Part shown: piece by piece, positions 37,206 to 49,302 of the stretch
How positions within the stretch are numbered: position 1 is the stretch's first letter
Layout: the number at the start of each line of letters is the position of its first letter
Source: Octopus sinensis
Taxonomy: Eukaryota
Length of the DNA: 64,000 nt
Direction of reading: 5' to 3'
Assembly (NCBI RefSeq): GCF_006345805.1
Contig: NC_043009.1
Location: 46,996,001 to 47,060,000, forward strand
Program-made: the position numbers and the translations under genes
The notes under the pieces: generated by a model
The model's input: the letters and a program-made list of their open reading frames with translations, nothing else
Told to the model about the DNA's origin: nothing
Database searches by the model: none

Positions 37206-37361
37206 TATGTGTTTGTGTGTGTATGTGTGTTGTGTGTGTGTGTTTGTGTGTGTTGTGTGTGTGTATGTGTGTGTGAGTGTGTGTGTGTTTGTATGTGTGT
37301 GTATGTGTGTGTGTGTGCGTGTTTGTGTGTGTGTGTGTGTGTGTTTGTGTGTGTGTGTATG

Positions 37362-37392
<31 letters not shown>

Positions 37393-37432
37393 TTGTGTGT
37401 GTGTGTATATGTGTGTATGTGTTGTGTGTGTG

Positions 37433-37483
<51 letters not shown>

Positions 37484-37845
37484 CATACATTGGACCTGCT
37501 AAAAGTATGTAACAATTGTTGATATATGTGACTTTGTTTAAAACTAGCCCAGCTGGCAGAATCGTTAGAACGCTGAATAGAATGCTTGCTTAGCCGTATG
37601 TTTTCCGACATTACATTCTAAAATCAAATTCCATTGAAGTGAATTTTGCTATTCATTTAGAGTCGCTAAAATTAGTACCAGTTGAGTCCTGAGGTCAATT
37701 TAATTGACTAGCTACCTACCCCCAAATTCTAAAGAATATACCGTCATTTCAAAAATGACAAAATGTCAACTCCTAACGAAGTAGGAAACCCAACTGCGTT
37801 CTATCACTACTGAAAATAAGTAAACATTATAATCCGGGATCCGGG

Positions 37846-38165
37846 ACCCCCTTCGGTCACGACACTGACCATGGGATTGCACCTAGAAAGTTACCCTCCT
37901 AGTCACAAGTCTGGACATGGTTGTTTATGGAAGACCAGCAGTCGCCCATGCATACCGGCCTCCCCTCTCCACGCCACCAGTGTTATCCAAGGGAAAGGCA
38001 AAGGCCGATACAGCTTGGCACTCGTGACGTCGCAACTCATTTCTACAGCTGAGTGAACTGGAGCAACGTGAAATAAAGTGTCTTGCTCAAGGACACAACA
38101 CGCAGCCCGGTCCGGGATTCGAGCTCACAACCTCACGATCGTAAGCTCGACGCTCTAACCACTGA
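37846..38165 (-). mobile_element. tRNA-derived SINE family E (head related to family D, different tail)
   Basis: Minus strand reads GTGGTTAGAGCGTCGAGC...GCTCGAATCCCGGACCGGG...CCTTGAGCAAGACACTTTATTTCACGTTGCTCCAG. Confidence 0.8.
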
Positions 38166-38364
38166 TCCAATCACATAACATTATTAAATAAACAATTATT
38201 ATTTTTCAACGAGGTAATTTTATTTTCTCAACTCAAAACCACTTAAGTTAAATTCAGCTTTAAAGAAAAACAGCAGATATTTATTTTGGTGGGTTGTTGT
38301 TTGCAGTGGAGCGATAACAATGGGTTGGGCTTTACGTGTCCTCTGTACATTCAATTCGCAATTA

Positions 38365-38743
38365 TCTCTCTCTATATAAACGGCAGTTTGTCTGTCTGTG
38401 TGTCTGTCAGGTTGTACCCTCACCCTGACCACGGCTTTCAACCGATTCTGATGAAACTTGACACACACATAGCCCAATGTCATAATTCAAAACTAACGCG
38501 GCGAAAATTTTGAAAAGTTCCCCCAGTTCTGAAAAACATCGATAAATTCGACATGGGGTCGAGAATAAAAAAAAACAAACCACAGACTGTCTAGGGGACG
38601 CAACTCAACCTTTTTTTACTCTCAAAAAAAAATTTACCATCATTTTTTTTCCATTTTTTTGCTATTTTTTGGCTATAACTCTCTAAAAATGCTTTATAGT
38701 TATTTCCCTTACAAACCTGAGCAACGCCGGGCGATACTGCTAG
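38365..38743 (+). mobile_element. Non-autonomous Helitron
   Basis: Starts A|TC and ends with a subterminal hairpin CCTGAGCAACGCCGGG then CTAG|T (A-T target, no TSD). Internal (GTCT)n and CCGATTCTGATGAAACTT. Confidence 0.85.
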
Positions 38744-39008
38744 TAACCGATAAGACTGCGTAGAAAGGAAAATATCAGACAAAATAAACCCACCAAATAG
38801 CAGTTGTACATAGGACACACAAGAAAAGTCATTCGGAGGAAGAGGTTGAGGTAGAACCTAACTCTATTTTTGTCTGAAAAATTAACATAATGTAAATTAA
38901 ACTAAAACTTGTTTTGTTGTTTCTCTGGAGGGTCATTAGGCCAATAATGAACACAAGTAGTGGTTCTGTTTCACTTCTTTTATCATTATTATTATTAGTC
39001 ATCTAAAA

Positions 39009-39449
39009 GGATGGTGGGCAGAATTGTTAGCACGCCGAGCAAAATGCTTGGCCGCATTTCCGTCCTTACGTTCTGAGTTCAAATTCCATCGAGGTTGACT
39101 TCGCCGTTCATCCTTTCGGGGTTGACGAAATAAGTACCAGTTAAGCACTGGGGATCAATGTAACTGACTTACACCCTCCCCAGAAATTGCAGGCCTTGTG
39201 TCAAAATTTGAAACAGCTATCAGTCATCTATACGATGGCGAGCTGACAGCTTCGTTAGCACGCTGAACAAAATGTTTAGCGGCAGTTCATCCGTCTTTAC
39301 GTTCTGAGTTCAAATTCCGCCGAGGTTGACTTTACGTTTTATCCTTTTGGGGTTGATAAAGTACGTACCAATTGTGCACTGGGCAGATGTAATCCACTAG
39401 ACCCTTCCCCCATAAATTCCAGGCCTTGTGCTTTTATTAGAAAGGGTTA
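39009..39449 (+). mobile_element. Two adjacent diverged SINE family B copies
   Basis: GTTAGCACGC...TTCTGAGTTCAAATTCC...CATCCTTTCGGGG occurs twice. Confidence 0.8.
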
Positions 39450-39474
39450 TTGGTCAATTATTTAACGATTCATA

Positions 39475-39880
39475 GGCGTAGGAGTGGCTGTGTGGTAAGT
39501 AGCTTGCTTATGAACCACATGGTTCCGGGTTCAGTCACACTGCGTGACACCTTGGGCAAGTGTCTTCTACTATAAGTCTCGGGCCGACCAAAACCTTGTG
39601 AGTGGATTTGGTAGACGGAAACTGAAAGAAGCCCGTCGTATATATGTATATATATATATGTGTGTGCGCGTGTGTGTGTGTATGTTTGTGTGTCTGTGTT
39701 TGTCTCCCCCAACATTGCTTGACAATCGATGCTGGTGTGTTTACGTCCCTGTAACTTAGCGGTTCGGCAAAAGAGAATAAGTACTAGGCTTACAAAGCAT
39801 AAGTCCTGGGGTCGATTTGCGCGACTAAAGGCGGTGCTCCAGCATGGCCACAGTCAAATCACTGAAACAAGTAAAAGAGT
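39475..39880 (+). mobile_element. SINE family A, full length
   Basis: GGCGTAGGAGTGGCTGTGTGGTAAG...GACACCTTGGGCAAGTG...[TA/TG microsatellite]...ACTGAAACAAGTAAAAGAG. Confidence 0.92.
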
Positions 39881-40020
39881 ATTCAACCAATTAACTTATC
39901 GATTGTTTGATTAATCGTTTGGTCAATCAATCAGTCACAGAGGTTTATCAGAATCCATTCATCACCATTCACGACCATATCAGTGACATCCTTTCTTTAT
40001 TGCTATTATGACTCTCTCTA

Positions 40021-40452
40021 GGCGGCGAGCTGACAGAAACGTTCGCACGCCGGGCGAAATGCTTAGCGTTATTTCGTCCGCCGTTACGTTCTGAGTTCAA
40101 ATTCCGCCGAGGTCGACTTTGCCTTTCATCCTTTCGGGGTCGATAAATTTAGTACCAGTTGCGTACTAGAGTCGAACTAATCGACTTAATCCGTTTGTCT
40201 GTCCTTGTTTGTCCCCTCTATGTTTAGCCTCTTGTGGGCAATAAAGAAATAAGAATCGTTAGCATGCCAGGCGTAATGCTTAGCGTTATTTCGTCCGCCG
40301 CTACGTTCTGAGTTCAAATTTCACCGAGGTCGACTTTGGCTTTCATCCTTTCGGGGTCGATAAACTAAGTACCAGTGAAACACTGGGGTCGATGTAATCG
40401 ATTAGTCCCCTCTCCCCAAATTTCAGGCCGTGTGCCTTTAGTAGAAGGGATT
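40021..40452 (+). mobile_element. SINE family B dimer with shared TSD
   Basis: Two units flanked by ATTATGACTCTCTCTA / ATTATGACTCTCCCTA. Confidence 0.85.
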
Positions 40453-40589
40453 ATGACTCTCCCTAGATACAACAAAATCTGTTTCAACACACAAGTTCAC
40501 ATCAAGAACAACTGAATGTAATGCTTGCAAAATAGCAAAACTATTACAAAAATGTTTTAAATGACTACAGAAGGTTCCATATTTTACTC

Positions 40590-40996
40590 CTTACTCTCTT
40601 TTATTCTTTTACTTGTTTCAGTCATTTTGACTGCGGCCATGCTGGAGCACCGCCTTTAGTCGAGCAAATCGACCCCGGGACTTATTCTTTCTAAGCCTAG
40701 TACTTATTCTATCGGTCTCTTTTGCCGAACCGCTAAGTGACGGGGACGTAAACACAACAGCACCGGTTGTCAAGCGATGTTGGGAGGACAAACACAGACA
40801 CACAAACACACACATATATATATATATATACATATACGACAGGCTTCTTTCAGTTTCCGTCTACCAAATCCACTCACAAGGCTTTGGTCGGCCCGAGGCT
40901 ATAGTAGAAGACACTTGCCCGAGGTGCTACGCAGTGGGATTGAACTCGGAACCCGGTTGGTAAGCAAGCTACTTACCACACAGCCACTCCTGCGCC
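40590..40996 (-). mobile_element. SINE family A, full length
   Basis: Reverse complement of 39475-39880. Confidence 0.92.
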
Positions 40997-41424
40997 ATTT
41001 TTGTGAAAAAAAAAATTAAATTAAAATATGATATAAAAAACTCACTCAACATGAACAACAATAAAATCTCATGTTCTGAATTAAGCTGATTAATCTATTT
41101 TAAAACTGTGAATGGGTTTAACAAAAGACTACCTACGTCAGACAGGTGAACGCATAACAAATTAGAATCACCACGGCATATAAGCAATACATTAATATAG
41201 CAGCTTTAATATGAGGTGAATTTGGCTGCGAAGAAGTGGGTACAACACTGGACACCTGAATTTTTTTCAAAGGCGATTCGTGAGTTGGGTTCGACGATGG
41301 TGCAAATGCACTGCTAGTGATCAGCGCTGAATTAACCATTAAGTAAAATAAGCACATTCTTAGGACAGTAAGGGAAATGGGCCACCACAGAAATGGGAAA
41401 TTTGTTTACGGCACAAAAGAAATC

Positions 41425-42361
41425 ACTTTATATATCCTTAACGTTAATGGTCACAAATTGCTCAGCTGAGCGTTCATTTTCTCAGCTTGCTAACCAACCA
41501 CATGATTCCGGGTTCAGTCCCACTGCGTGGCATCTTGAGCAAGTATCTTCTGCTATAGCCCCGGGTCGACCAATGCTTTTTGAGAACTGAAAGAACTGAA
41601 AGAAGCCTGTCGTATATATGTATATATATATATATGTGTGTGTGTGTATGTGTTTGCGTGTCTGTGTTTATCTCCCTAGCATTGCTTGTCAACCGATGCT
41701 GGTGTGTTTACGTCCCTGTCACTTAGCGGTTCGGCAAAAAAGACCGATAGAATAAGTACTGGGCTTACAAAGAATAAGTCCCGGGGTCGATTTGCTCGAC
41801 TAAAGGCGGTGCTCCAGCATGGCCGCAGTTAAATGACTGAAACAAGTAAAAGAGTAAAGAGTAAGAGTATATCAAAAGTCCCATCAGAACAACTATGCAA
41901 CAAGGCTGGCTGGATGCCTTATCTCTACTAAGTATAGAAGCAGACGTAATTACGTAAGATTAATTGTGAGTTTCTGATCAATGATTTTGCAATTAAAAAA
42001 AGGTAGGAAAAAAACCCATTCAAATATAAATAAAATGAAAGTATACAAAAATAGACATTATTTTCCCTCTTACTGTTAGTTTTGTTTCATTTTGAAAAAT
42101 AAAAGTTTATTTCATTGTTCATTACATTACCAAGGACCCCTTTTATTTAAATGAGTTTTCCCACGTACCCCTTTTAATATGCTTATCCTTATATAAAATT
42201 TTGAACTTAGTTCACGGACCCCCAGTACTACTTTTGAGGACCACCAGAGGTCCGCAGACCACAGGTTGGGAACCACTGGTTTATATTTTAAATTACAAAT
42301 TTATGGAGGCACCAAAATCTTTTAAGTGTCTAAGACCTCTATGGGTTTTAATCCGGCCCTG
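41425..42361 (+). mobile_element. hAT transposon 3' remnant interrupted by a SINE and a nested hAT-type MITE end
   Basis: LTLMVTNCSAERSFSQL [SINE] IKSPIRTTMQQGWLDALSLLSIEAD...INDFAIKK is the hAT dimerisation domain. Terminus is TAATCCGGCCCTG at 42361. Nested end GGTTGGGAACCACTG lies at 42278. Confidence 0.8.
41484..41868 (+). mobile_element. SINE family A inserted in the hAT remnant
   Basis: AGCTTGCTAACCAACCACATG...ACTGAAACAAGTAAAAGAGTAAAGAG. Confidence 0.88.
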
Positions 42362-42865
42362 CTTGTGATAGAAACAATATTGAGTAGTACCTTTGAAGAA
42401 GGGCTACTCCAATAACATTTTTCAATTTGAACGATATGTACCAGTTAATAAAGCGTTGTCAGAAAGTCCAATGAAATAACTTGCGGTGTCTGTTCCGTTC
42501 ACGTATCTTCTGAAAGCAACACCCGTGACGATATTGGTGAGCCCAAATGTATTGGTCCTAAACCATCGGTGGTGTGGCGAGGGAAGAGGTTGATGCATTG
42601 CCAACAGTTTGGTCAACCATAAAACGACAACAATCTTTCTACTATAGGCACAAGGCCAGCAATTTGTGAGCGGAGGGTTAGTCGATTACGTCGATCTCAA
42701 AAGAGAAAGAAGGATAAAGTCGACCTCGGCGGAATTTGAGCTCGGGAATATAATGATGGAAGAAATGCCGCAAAGCATTTTGTCCAACTCGCAAACGATT
42801 CTATCTCGCCGCCTTAATAGATAAATTAAATATTAAATAAATATATAAATAAGTAAATAGATAAA

Positions 42866-42910
42866 TCGTCGTCGTCGTCGTCATCGTCGTCGTCGTCGTC
42901 GTCATCGTCA

Positions 42911-43007
<97 letters not shown>
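42866..43007. repeat. Compound (TCG)n/(TCA)n trinucleotide repeat
   Basis: Direct reading. Confidence 0.95.
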
Positions 43008-43009
<2 letters not shown>

Positions 43010-43544
43010 CTATAAAAGTATAAAGTATATATATATATATATATATTTATGTTCTTACTCCGGTATATATATATAATGGGCTCTTCCATCGAAAACCACT
43101 AAGTTTTGAACTCAGCTCTTTGACCAACGACCTACACAAATGATTTGGTTATAGTGATCAAATATTCGTGCCGCACATTGGCTCACTCTCTGCATCAAAT
43201 CGGCGTTGCCAGAAAAGGTGCACAGTGCACCACACGTCAGGTGCCGGAGGGATCGCAGTGCAACGTGACATGAAGTGTTTTGCTCAAGAACACAATGTAC
43301 CGCCCGGTCTAGGAAATCTTTAACAAGGCTTTGGTCGAACATGTGTTATTGAAGAAGACGCTTGTGTAAATGCCACGCAGTGGGACTAAATCACGCATAC
43401 AGAACTTTTTACCTTCTTATTTCTACGTATGAGTATGCGTTGATGTTGAGTCCCTGGAAAACCGCGGTCGAGTTGATCTAATATTAAAGACAGTCTAGCC
43501 GTGGCTATCTGGGTGATATATTTTTTAAAATGTTTAGCAGCATT

Positions 43545-43720
43545 CTTTTCTACTCTAGGCACAAGGCCCGATATTTTGAGAGGAGGGGGCCAATCGATTA
43601 GATCGACCCCGTTACGCAACTGGTACTTAATCTATCGACCCCTAAAGGATGAAAGGCAAAGTCGACCTCGGCGGAATTTGAACTCAGAACGTAAAGACCC
43701 AAGAAATACCTATTTCTTTA
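43545..43720 (-). mobile_element. SINE family B partial copy
   Basis: AAGGATGAAAGGCAAAGTCGACCTCGGCGGAATTTGAACTCAGAACG followed by the GAAATACCTATTTC junction. Confidence 0.8.
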
Positions 43721-44076
43721 CTAAACTATCCAAAATGACGTATTTTTGAGAAAGATTTGACTGCTATTTTTAGCAGGTTGACCGACCATAAAGACATTCT
43801 TTCATTGCTTTGAATGTGTTGTGTGTACTTGTGTGCATATAGACATATTCCCAGCTGTCTCTATGCATTCATGCTCAAAATGATTGTGTGTATTAATACA
43901 TATATGTTCATACATATATACATGCGTACATACACATACATACAAACATGTACGCGCGCACACACACACATACATATTGTAGTATATATTTATATACTAC
44001 AAAAATCTAGGATTCAAGTGAACCAGGCACTTAAATGGTAAGTAGAAACAAGTGAATTGGCACATTAGGCCACCTG

Positions 44077-44127
<51 letters not shown>

Positions 44128-44265
44128 TACACACACACACACATGTACAGTGCAGTGTTGAGCACTCATTCGCCATTTATATATGAAAGTATTTATTATG
44201 GAAATACAAACGCACACACACGCGCACACACACATATGTATACACACACACACACAAAGGGAGAG

Positions 44266-44302
<37 letters not shown>

Positions 44303-45139
44303 CATTTCCCCCCTCCAAAAACCAATCCCGTATCACTTTCTCCACTCCCATCCTCCGTCTCTCTCCCCCTCTCTCTCTTCCTCTCTTTCGTTCTAATTAA
44401 CTCCCCCCGCCCATGCTCACTTTATTTCTAAAATTATCAACAACACCTCTATTTCTCTTTTTACTTCATTCTCTCTTTTTTTATCGTCTGCTCGCCTCTC
44501 ATCAACTTTATTTTTCTCTCCACATGTCACCACCACATGGACTATTTCTCTCTCTCTCTATCTTCTCTCCTCTCTTTCTTTTTCCCTATCTCCCCCTCTC
44601 TTTCTCTCTCTCTCTCTCTATCTTCCCCCTCCCCTGTCTTTCTCTTTCACTTTTCACTTCCCTGTTGCTGTCATTATAACTGTCAATCGCCTCCGCACTT
44701 CTTACCTTCCTCTTATTCATTTCTCTATCTGTCATGCTTTCGTTTCTGTCTTTCTCATCTCCACGGACTACCACCCTTCTGTATATCTCTACAACCTCAT
44801 TCGTTGTCACACCCAGCTCAAACTGCCACTTATATTATCCACCCGCCACCACATCACTTCACACATTATTACAGCGACTATGGAGACAACATCAATTTTT
44901 GGCTGAAATATAAGTAAAACTCTCTTATCATGGATGATAAAGTTGATGATTCTAAGAGGCCCAAGGGTCAGACCAATGATGGGAGCGACCTTAATCCAGG
45001 TCAAATTGAGCAAAGCCACGGGGTTAGTTCACAATTTTTATTTATTTATCTTTTACTCATGTTTAATTATTTAAAGCTTTCAAAGTTAATTTCTTCTTTA
45101 ATTTCTTCTTTAAAAAATACGTGTGTACATAAGATCCTG

Positions 45140-45348
45140 ACTTTAAGGGTGTCGCGTAAAGATCCTGACTTTAAGGGTGTCGCGAAAGGCCCAACCTTTC
45201 GAGTTCTTTTACAGGGCTTAGAAAAACTGAAGGACCACTGGAATGAGTGTGTGAGTCTGAGAGAGGAATATGTTGAATCAAATCATAATTAACTGATCCT
45301 CCCGTAATTTCTTTTACCCAAAGCCAAGAACTTTTCAGGGCCACTTCG
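45140..45348 (+). mobile_element. Non-autonomous mariner-derived element (transposase C-terminus)
   Basis: QGLEKLKDHWNECVSLREEYVE resembles the mariner GI.KL..RW.KC...G.YVE end. There is a 28-bp local duplication at the 5' side. Confidence 0.7.
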
Positions 45349-45526
45349 TGTATGTGTATAAATGCATGTACATCTAAGACATACAGAACTAGGTTCCGAA
45401 CACTTTCTTTAACTTTTCTTGTGATATTTTCCTTTTTTCTACTTTTTTTTTTTTTTTCTCGTTTATCTGCTTACTTGTGTGTGCGTGCGTGCGTGAGAAC
45501 GTATGTTAATGTTTATCAATAAGAAA

Positions 45527-45774
45527 GCGGCGAGCTGGCTGAACCGTTAGCACGCCGGGCGATTTGCCTAGCGGCTATTCTTCAGTCCTTATGTTCTGAG
45601 TTCAAATTCCTCCGAGGTCGACTTTGCCTTTCATCTTTTCGGAGTCGATAAATTAAGTACCAGTTACGCACTGAGGTCGATGTACTTGACTGGTCCTCTC
45701 CCCTAAAACTGCAGGCTTTGTGCTTCTAGCAGAAAGGATTATTATTATTATTATTATTATCATTATTATTATTA

Positions 45775-45817
<43 letters not shown>

Positions 45818-46030
45818 GGCGGTGAGCTGGCAGAATCGTTAGCACGCCAGGCAAAATGCTTAGTGGTATTTCGTCCGTCTTTACGTTCTGAGTTCAAATT
45901 CCGCTGAGGTCGACCTTGACTTTCATCCTTTCGGGGTCGATAACATAAGTACCAGTCGAGCATTGGGGGTCGATGTAATCGACTTACCCCCAACTTCTAA
46001 ATTGCTGGCCTTACGTCAAAATTTGAAACC
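45527..46030 (+). mobile_element. Two SINE family B copies separated by an (ATT)n tail
   Basis: GCGGCGAGCTGGC heads at ~45527 and ~45818. Confidence 0.88.
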
Positions 46031-46252
46031 AATATTTATCAATAGAAAAACAAATTATATAGCAATTAAATAAATAAATAAATAAACCTTCTGCATGTAG
46101 AAATCTAGAGTGCACTTTTGTGTGAGTGTGTGTTTATATACACGTATGTGTTTACATCTATCTATCAATATGTATGTATGTATGTCTACATATATGTGTG
46201 TCTGTATACACACCCACACATATATTAAAATTAATTTGAAGAATTTTTAAAA

Positions 46253-47318
46253 TTTCTTTATTGCCCACAGGGGACTAAACACAGAGGGGACAAACAAGGA
46301 CAGACAAGGGGATTAAGTCGATTACATCGACCCCAGTGCATAACTGGTATTTATTTTATCGACTCCAAAAGGATGAAAGGCAAAGTCAACCTCGGCGGAA
46401 TTTGAACTCAGAACTTAACGGCACACGAAATACCTATTTCTTTACTACCCACAAGGGGCTAAACACAGAGGGGACAAACAAGGACAGACAAGGGGATTAA
46501 GTCGATTACATCGACCCCAGTGCATAACTGGTATTTATTTTATCGACTCCAAAAGGATGAAAGGCAAAGTCAACCTCGGCGGAATTTGAACTCAGAACTT
46601 AACGGCACACGAAATACCTATTTCTTTACTACCCACAAGGGGCTAAACACAGAGGGGACAAACAAGGACAGACAAAAAGGATTAAGTCGATTACATTGAC
46701 CCCAGTGCGTAAATGGTAGTTATTTAATCGACCACGAAAGGATGAAAGGCAAAGTCGACATCGGCGGAATTTGAACTCTGAACGTAACAGCAGACGAAAT
46801 ACTACTAAGCATTTCGCCCGGGGTGCTAACGTTTCTGCCAGCTCGCCGCCTTCTGCAGACGAAATACCAATTTCTTTACTACCCACAAGGGGCTAAACAC
46901 AGAGAGGACAAACCAGGAAAGACAAATGGATTAAGTCGATTATATCGACCCCAGTGCGTAACTAGTACTTATTTAATCGACCCCGAAAGAATGAAAGGCA
47001 AAGTCGACCTCGGCGGAATTTGAACTCAGAACGTAACCGCAGACGAAGTACCGCCAGGGCATTTCGCCGGGCATGCTAACGTTTCTTATTTCTTTACTGC
47101 CCACAAGGGCCTACACACAGAGGGGATAAACACGGACAGACAAACGGATTAAGTCGATTATATCGACCTCAGTTATTAACTGGCATTTTTTAAATCGACC
47201 TCGAAAGGATGAAAGGCAAAGTCGACCTCGACGGAATTTGAACTCAGAACGTAACTGCAGACGAAAAACTGCTAGGTATTTCTCCTTTCGTGCTAACGTT
47301 TCTGCCAGCTCGCCGCCT
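46253..47318 (-). mobile_element. Tandem array of about five SINE family B units
   Basis: Repeated GGGCTAAACACAGAGGGGACAAACAAGGACAGAC...GAACTCAGAAC. The first two units (~183-bp period) share private variants. Confidence 0.9.
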
Positions 47319-47403
47319 TGAAGAATTAAAGTGGAGTATGCGATCCACTTGCGCGCTGGAACTTTTGATCATGTGTCATGCTTTGCAGTACATATATATT
47401 CTG

Positions 47404-47437
<34 letters not shown>

Positions 47438-47840
47438 CACACTCACTCACTCACTCACTCACTCACTCACACGCGCGCGCGGATGGAGATTATGTGAATG
47501 CGTAAGTGTAGCTACCAGTTGTTTGTTTACTTTCTCTCTAAGCAAAGGTGATTGTAATGAATGAAGAATTTCTCTAGCATTTGGTAGACAAATATCCGTC
47601 TTTGCTGTCCAGTTTACTGACACTGGTCACGCGGAGTTGTTTCTCTTAGGTCATTCGTGTTTTCATAACATACACAGGAACATATACAACACATACACAC
47701 ACACACAAACGTACTCGCTTATGTATGTATGTATGTATGTATGTATGTATGTATGTATGTATGTATGTATGCATGTACGTATGTATGTATGCATGTATGC
47801 ATGTAGGTATGTGTGTATATACTTATATCTCTATGAGTAT

Positions 47841-47956
47841 ATTATTATTATTATTCAGGTCACAACCACTCCGTCATATGCCCGTGGGCATATGGCGCAG
47901 TGGTTAAGAGCGCGGGCTACTAACTCCAAGATTCCGAGTTCGAATCCAGGCAGTGA

Positions 47957-47995
<39 letters not shown>

Positions 47996-48187
47996 TAATA
48001 ATAATAATGATAATAGCATCGAAAAATAAATTAAGAATAAGAACCCAGGTTCGAAATTTCCCCAAGATACCTGATGAAGGCTGGAGGGTATATCAGCTGA
48101 AACATTGTGTTAACGAACTAGATGAGGATAAATATCCGTCAAATGTAAATAATGTACACAAATCCTCATCTCTTAAATATAGAACTG
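47841..48187 (+). mobile_element. tRNA-headed SINE-like element with inverted 5' duplication, (AAT)n and a hammerhead
   Basis: A-box TGGCGCAGTGG (47893) and B-box GAGTTCGAATCC (47936). 47841-47883 is an internally deleted inverted copy of the head. A hammerhead core follows the (AAT)n. Confidence 0.78.
48066..48111 (+). ncRNA. Minimal type-I hammerhead ribozyme motif
   Basis: GAUAC-CUGAUGA-A-GGCUGG(loop)UCAGCU-GAAA-CA-UU-GUGUU. Stem III ACAU is plausibly CpG-decayed ACGU. Confidence 0.72.
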
Positions 48188-48624
48188 TACTTTGTATATG
48201 TTTATATGTACCTTAACCTTACCTCTGTATATATACATACATACACACACACATATTGTATATAAATTTGTGTGTACGTAGAAATTCACAGATGTCTGCA
48301 TGTAAGGTGGCATGCATTTACACATAAACAGTTGACGTTCAAATTTAGCTGAAGTTGATTGTATCCGTCCGGGCCTGAATCCGTCTCGGGGTTAACCCCA
48401 GATTAGCCCCAATTAAGTAGATCTTTAATCAATAGCATTCCAATTTGTCTCTGTCTTCTTTTCTTTTCTTTTCTTTTTCATGCATAATCTCTCTAGGAAT
48501 AAGTGATACAATGTATCCTTCGTTTTTATGACGCTATTTCTTTCAGGCGGGGCACCTGAGTTGGTCCTTTCTCGTTGGTTCGTTAAACACCAAAAATGAG
48601 TCGAGGTCGCTGCAATACAGCCTC

Positions 48625-48658
<34 letters not shown>

Positions 48659-48737
48659 AGCCCCCCTCTCTCTCTTTCTCTAAAATGTGTCCTCTTATGC
48701 CAACGTGTGATATCTCTATTTTCTATGATTTAATACC

Positions 48738-48968
48738 TATTTCTTTATTGCCCACAAGGGGCTAAACATAGAGGGGACGAACAAGGACAGACATAGGTAT
48801 TAAGTCGATTATATCGACCCCAGTGTGTAACTGGTACTTAATTTATCGACCCCGAAAGGATGAAAGGCAAAGTTGACCTCGGCGGAATTTGAACTCACAA
48901 CGTAACGACAGACGAAATACGGCTACGCATTTCGCCCGGCGTGCTAACGTTTCTGCCAGCTCGCCGCC
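48738..48968 (-). mobile_element. SINE family B, full length, perfect 17-bp TSD
   Basis: TTCTATGATTTAATACC at 48721-48737 and 48969-48985. Confidence 0.95.
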
Positions 48969-49302
48969 TTCTATGATTTAATACCATCGAAGTCAACTTT
49001 ACTCGCCATCCTACCCACAGTCATTAAAATAAGGACCAGTAATATACTGGAATAACATTTTATCGTGCACCCGGCCCCATCAAATTTGTACCTCAGCAGG
49101 GAAGTTGCAAATCATGATGATGATCATGTCATCGTCGTCATCATCAATAAAAATCATTATTAATGGTCCGAGAAATACATCAAGAATTTTTCATATTTGA
49201 TAAATCTACAGAGAAAATATTTGATAAACCTACAGAGAAAATGGCTAAAATTATCAAATATTATATGAGAAAGCCCTAACGATTATTTACAAACCCAAGT
49301 AC

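Noticed and set aside
42801-43089. Poly-Asp and poly-Met/Thr ORFs
   Set aside because: They come from a (TCG)/(TCA) repeat with non-coding flanks.
44930-45292. 120-aa ORF starting MDDKVDDSKRP, faintly like the NOVA N-terminal DSRKRP
   Set aside because: The similarity is too short, the splice donor is weak, and the ORF runs through AT-rich sequence into a mariner fragment.
47886-47955. Functional tRNA gene (also the heads of SINE families C, D and E)
   Set aside because: A and B boxes are present, but there is no proper acceptor stem and each continues into repeat body.
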